DNA of 63,709 bases, the filler included, from Octopus bimaculoides (Eukaryota), in the NCBI RefSeq assembly GCF_001194135.2. It is 5 parts of 5 records of this genome, joined end to end, with 100 filler letters (N's around TTAATTAATTAA, not from the genome) between each part and the next. Parts side by side here need not be neighbours in the genome. Positions count along the whole stretch, not along the records: positions 62,506 to 63,709 come from NC_069005.1; 4 more parts are not named here. One strand, given 5' to 3'. Shown one piece after another: positions 62,450 to 63,709 of this stretch. A model generated the notes under the pieces. That model had not been told where the DNA came from and did no database searches. It saw nothing but the letters and a program-made list of their open reading frames with translations. Positions within the stretch are counted from its first letter, which is position 1. Each line of letters begins with the position of its first letter. Made by a program: the position numbers and the translations under genes.

Positions 62450-62461
62450 TTAATTAATTAA
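62450..62461. other. Assembly join marker TTAATTAATTAA
   Basis: 12-mer embedded in an N run. Confidence 0.9.
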
Positions 62462-62506
62462 NNNNNNNNNNNNNNNNNNNNNNNNNNNNNNNNNNNNNNN
62501 NNNNNA

Positions 62507-62952
62507 GCACCACCACCAGTACCACCACCACCAGCACCACCACCGCCACCAGCACCAGCACCACCACCACCGCTACCACAGTCACGAAGTCATCATGGCG
62601 AACGCGAACACTGCACCCAGCCTTTAATCTGGAATACATTGAGTGGTTTGTTGCCGCCAGTGGACGGCTGAGGTCGTTGACCTAAACGTATATTTTAGCG
62701 CAGGCGCGGTTTTGTGTTCTTCGTTGTTGTTGTTGTTGTTGTTGCAGCTGTTGTTATCTTTAGCCTCTCTAGTGTCGCACTAGTTGCTGCTACTGCTGCT
62801 ACTGCTGCTGCTGCTGCTGCTGCTGTTGGTGGTGGTGGTGGTGGTGGTGGTATCGGTGGTTGTAGTGGTGGTAGTGGTATCGTTAGTGATAATGATGGCG
62901 GTGATGGTGGTGAAATCGCTTTTGTTGTTGTCATTGCTACTGCTGCTGCTGC
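62507..62952. repeat. Compound GC-rich trinucleotide repeats (CAC/CAG/GTT/GCT/GGT)n
   Basis: Direct reading. The poly-A, poly-G, poly-V and poly-P ORFs are low complexity. Confidence 0.8.
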
Positions 62953-63179
62953 TTCCCCTGTTTTATTTTACCATAGATGGTATAGAGGTGTAATTGTTAT
63001 TATCATAAGTGTGTGCAAGTGTGTGTGTGTGTATGTGTGTGTGTGAGTATAATTAAACCATTTGTGACGGAGTTGCAAAAATGCTAAGCAAAATGGCGGA
63101 ACCAAACAATCTGCGCATTAAATTGTTCGGCGGTAATTGGAGAAATCCGTATCTATCGTGAATCCAGGCCTTATCCGGG

Positions 63180-63335
63180 TCATGGCGGACGAAATGATTA
63201 GCGGTATTTCTTTCAGCTCTGTACGTTTTGAGTTCAAATCCTCTTCAGGTCGACTTTACTTTTCATCTTTTGGCGGTGGTGGGGGAGGGGGCGATAGGAT
63301 AAAGCCTCCCCCCACTTTCAACACTGGAGTCCATG
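63180..63335 (+). mobile_element. Degenerate tRNA-SINE copy
   Basis: gacgaaatgattagcggtatttc...tgagttcaaatcc...ggtcgactttacttttcatc. Confidence 0.7.
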
Positions 63336-63458
63336 TAATTAAACTTGCCCCCTTCTTCCTTGCTACTCTTGGGCACTTGCTCCTGTTATTCAGGAATATC
63401 TTGGAGGCTGGGAATTCTCCATCGTCCCAAGATGTCCTCCTGTATCAAGAGTACTGCG

Positions 63459-63504
<46 letters not shown>

Positions 63505-63709
63505 TTATTTATTTATTTATTAAATTAGTTATTTTTTTACCCTGGGAGGATTGGCTCCAATCACTACCCTTTAAAAAGCGTGCTCTCGTTTGTGGAGAGC
63601 TCAGTCACTTGCACGTTAATTTCACGGGAGGGTTGTTCTGTTGATCAGATCAACAAGAACGCTTGTCGTCGTAACTGACGGAGAACCAGTTCTCCATCTG
63701 TAATTTGAA

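Overview
This is a repeat-rich, AT-rich eukaryotic window. The microsatellite load and the tRNA-SINE and LINE families point to a coleoid cephalopod, most likely Octopus (inference, not searched). It is a draft assembly with many N gaps and four artificial TTAATTAATTAA join markers. Main gene: six GT-AG exons on the minus strand (48520-48436, 46269-46230, 44443-44357, 35758-35669, 31536-31471, 21600-21463) splice in phase into the C-terminal ~168 aa of a SNX5/6-like sorting-nexin BAR domain. None of these exons appears whole in the ORF track, and I could not find the 5' (PX-domain) exons. A second minus-strand gene appears to start at the left edge (TATA box at 213-220, first ATG at 9-7). The rest is TE debris: RTE, CR1/L2-like and R4/Dong LINEs, Penelope-like elements, mariner, a Merlin-like fragment and many SINEs. 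Most interesting: (i) a head-to-head palindromic dimer of a small element made of a tRNA-like head, (AAT)n and a Penelope-type terminus with a minimal hammerhead ribozyme motif (23693-24875; best motif 24781-24826); (ii) a CpG-decayed domain that matches the SNX gene body, probably a fossil of germline gene-body methylation; (iii) many fold-back or inverted structures across unrelated element classes. All identities were judged by eye; no searches were run.
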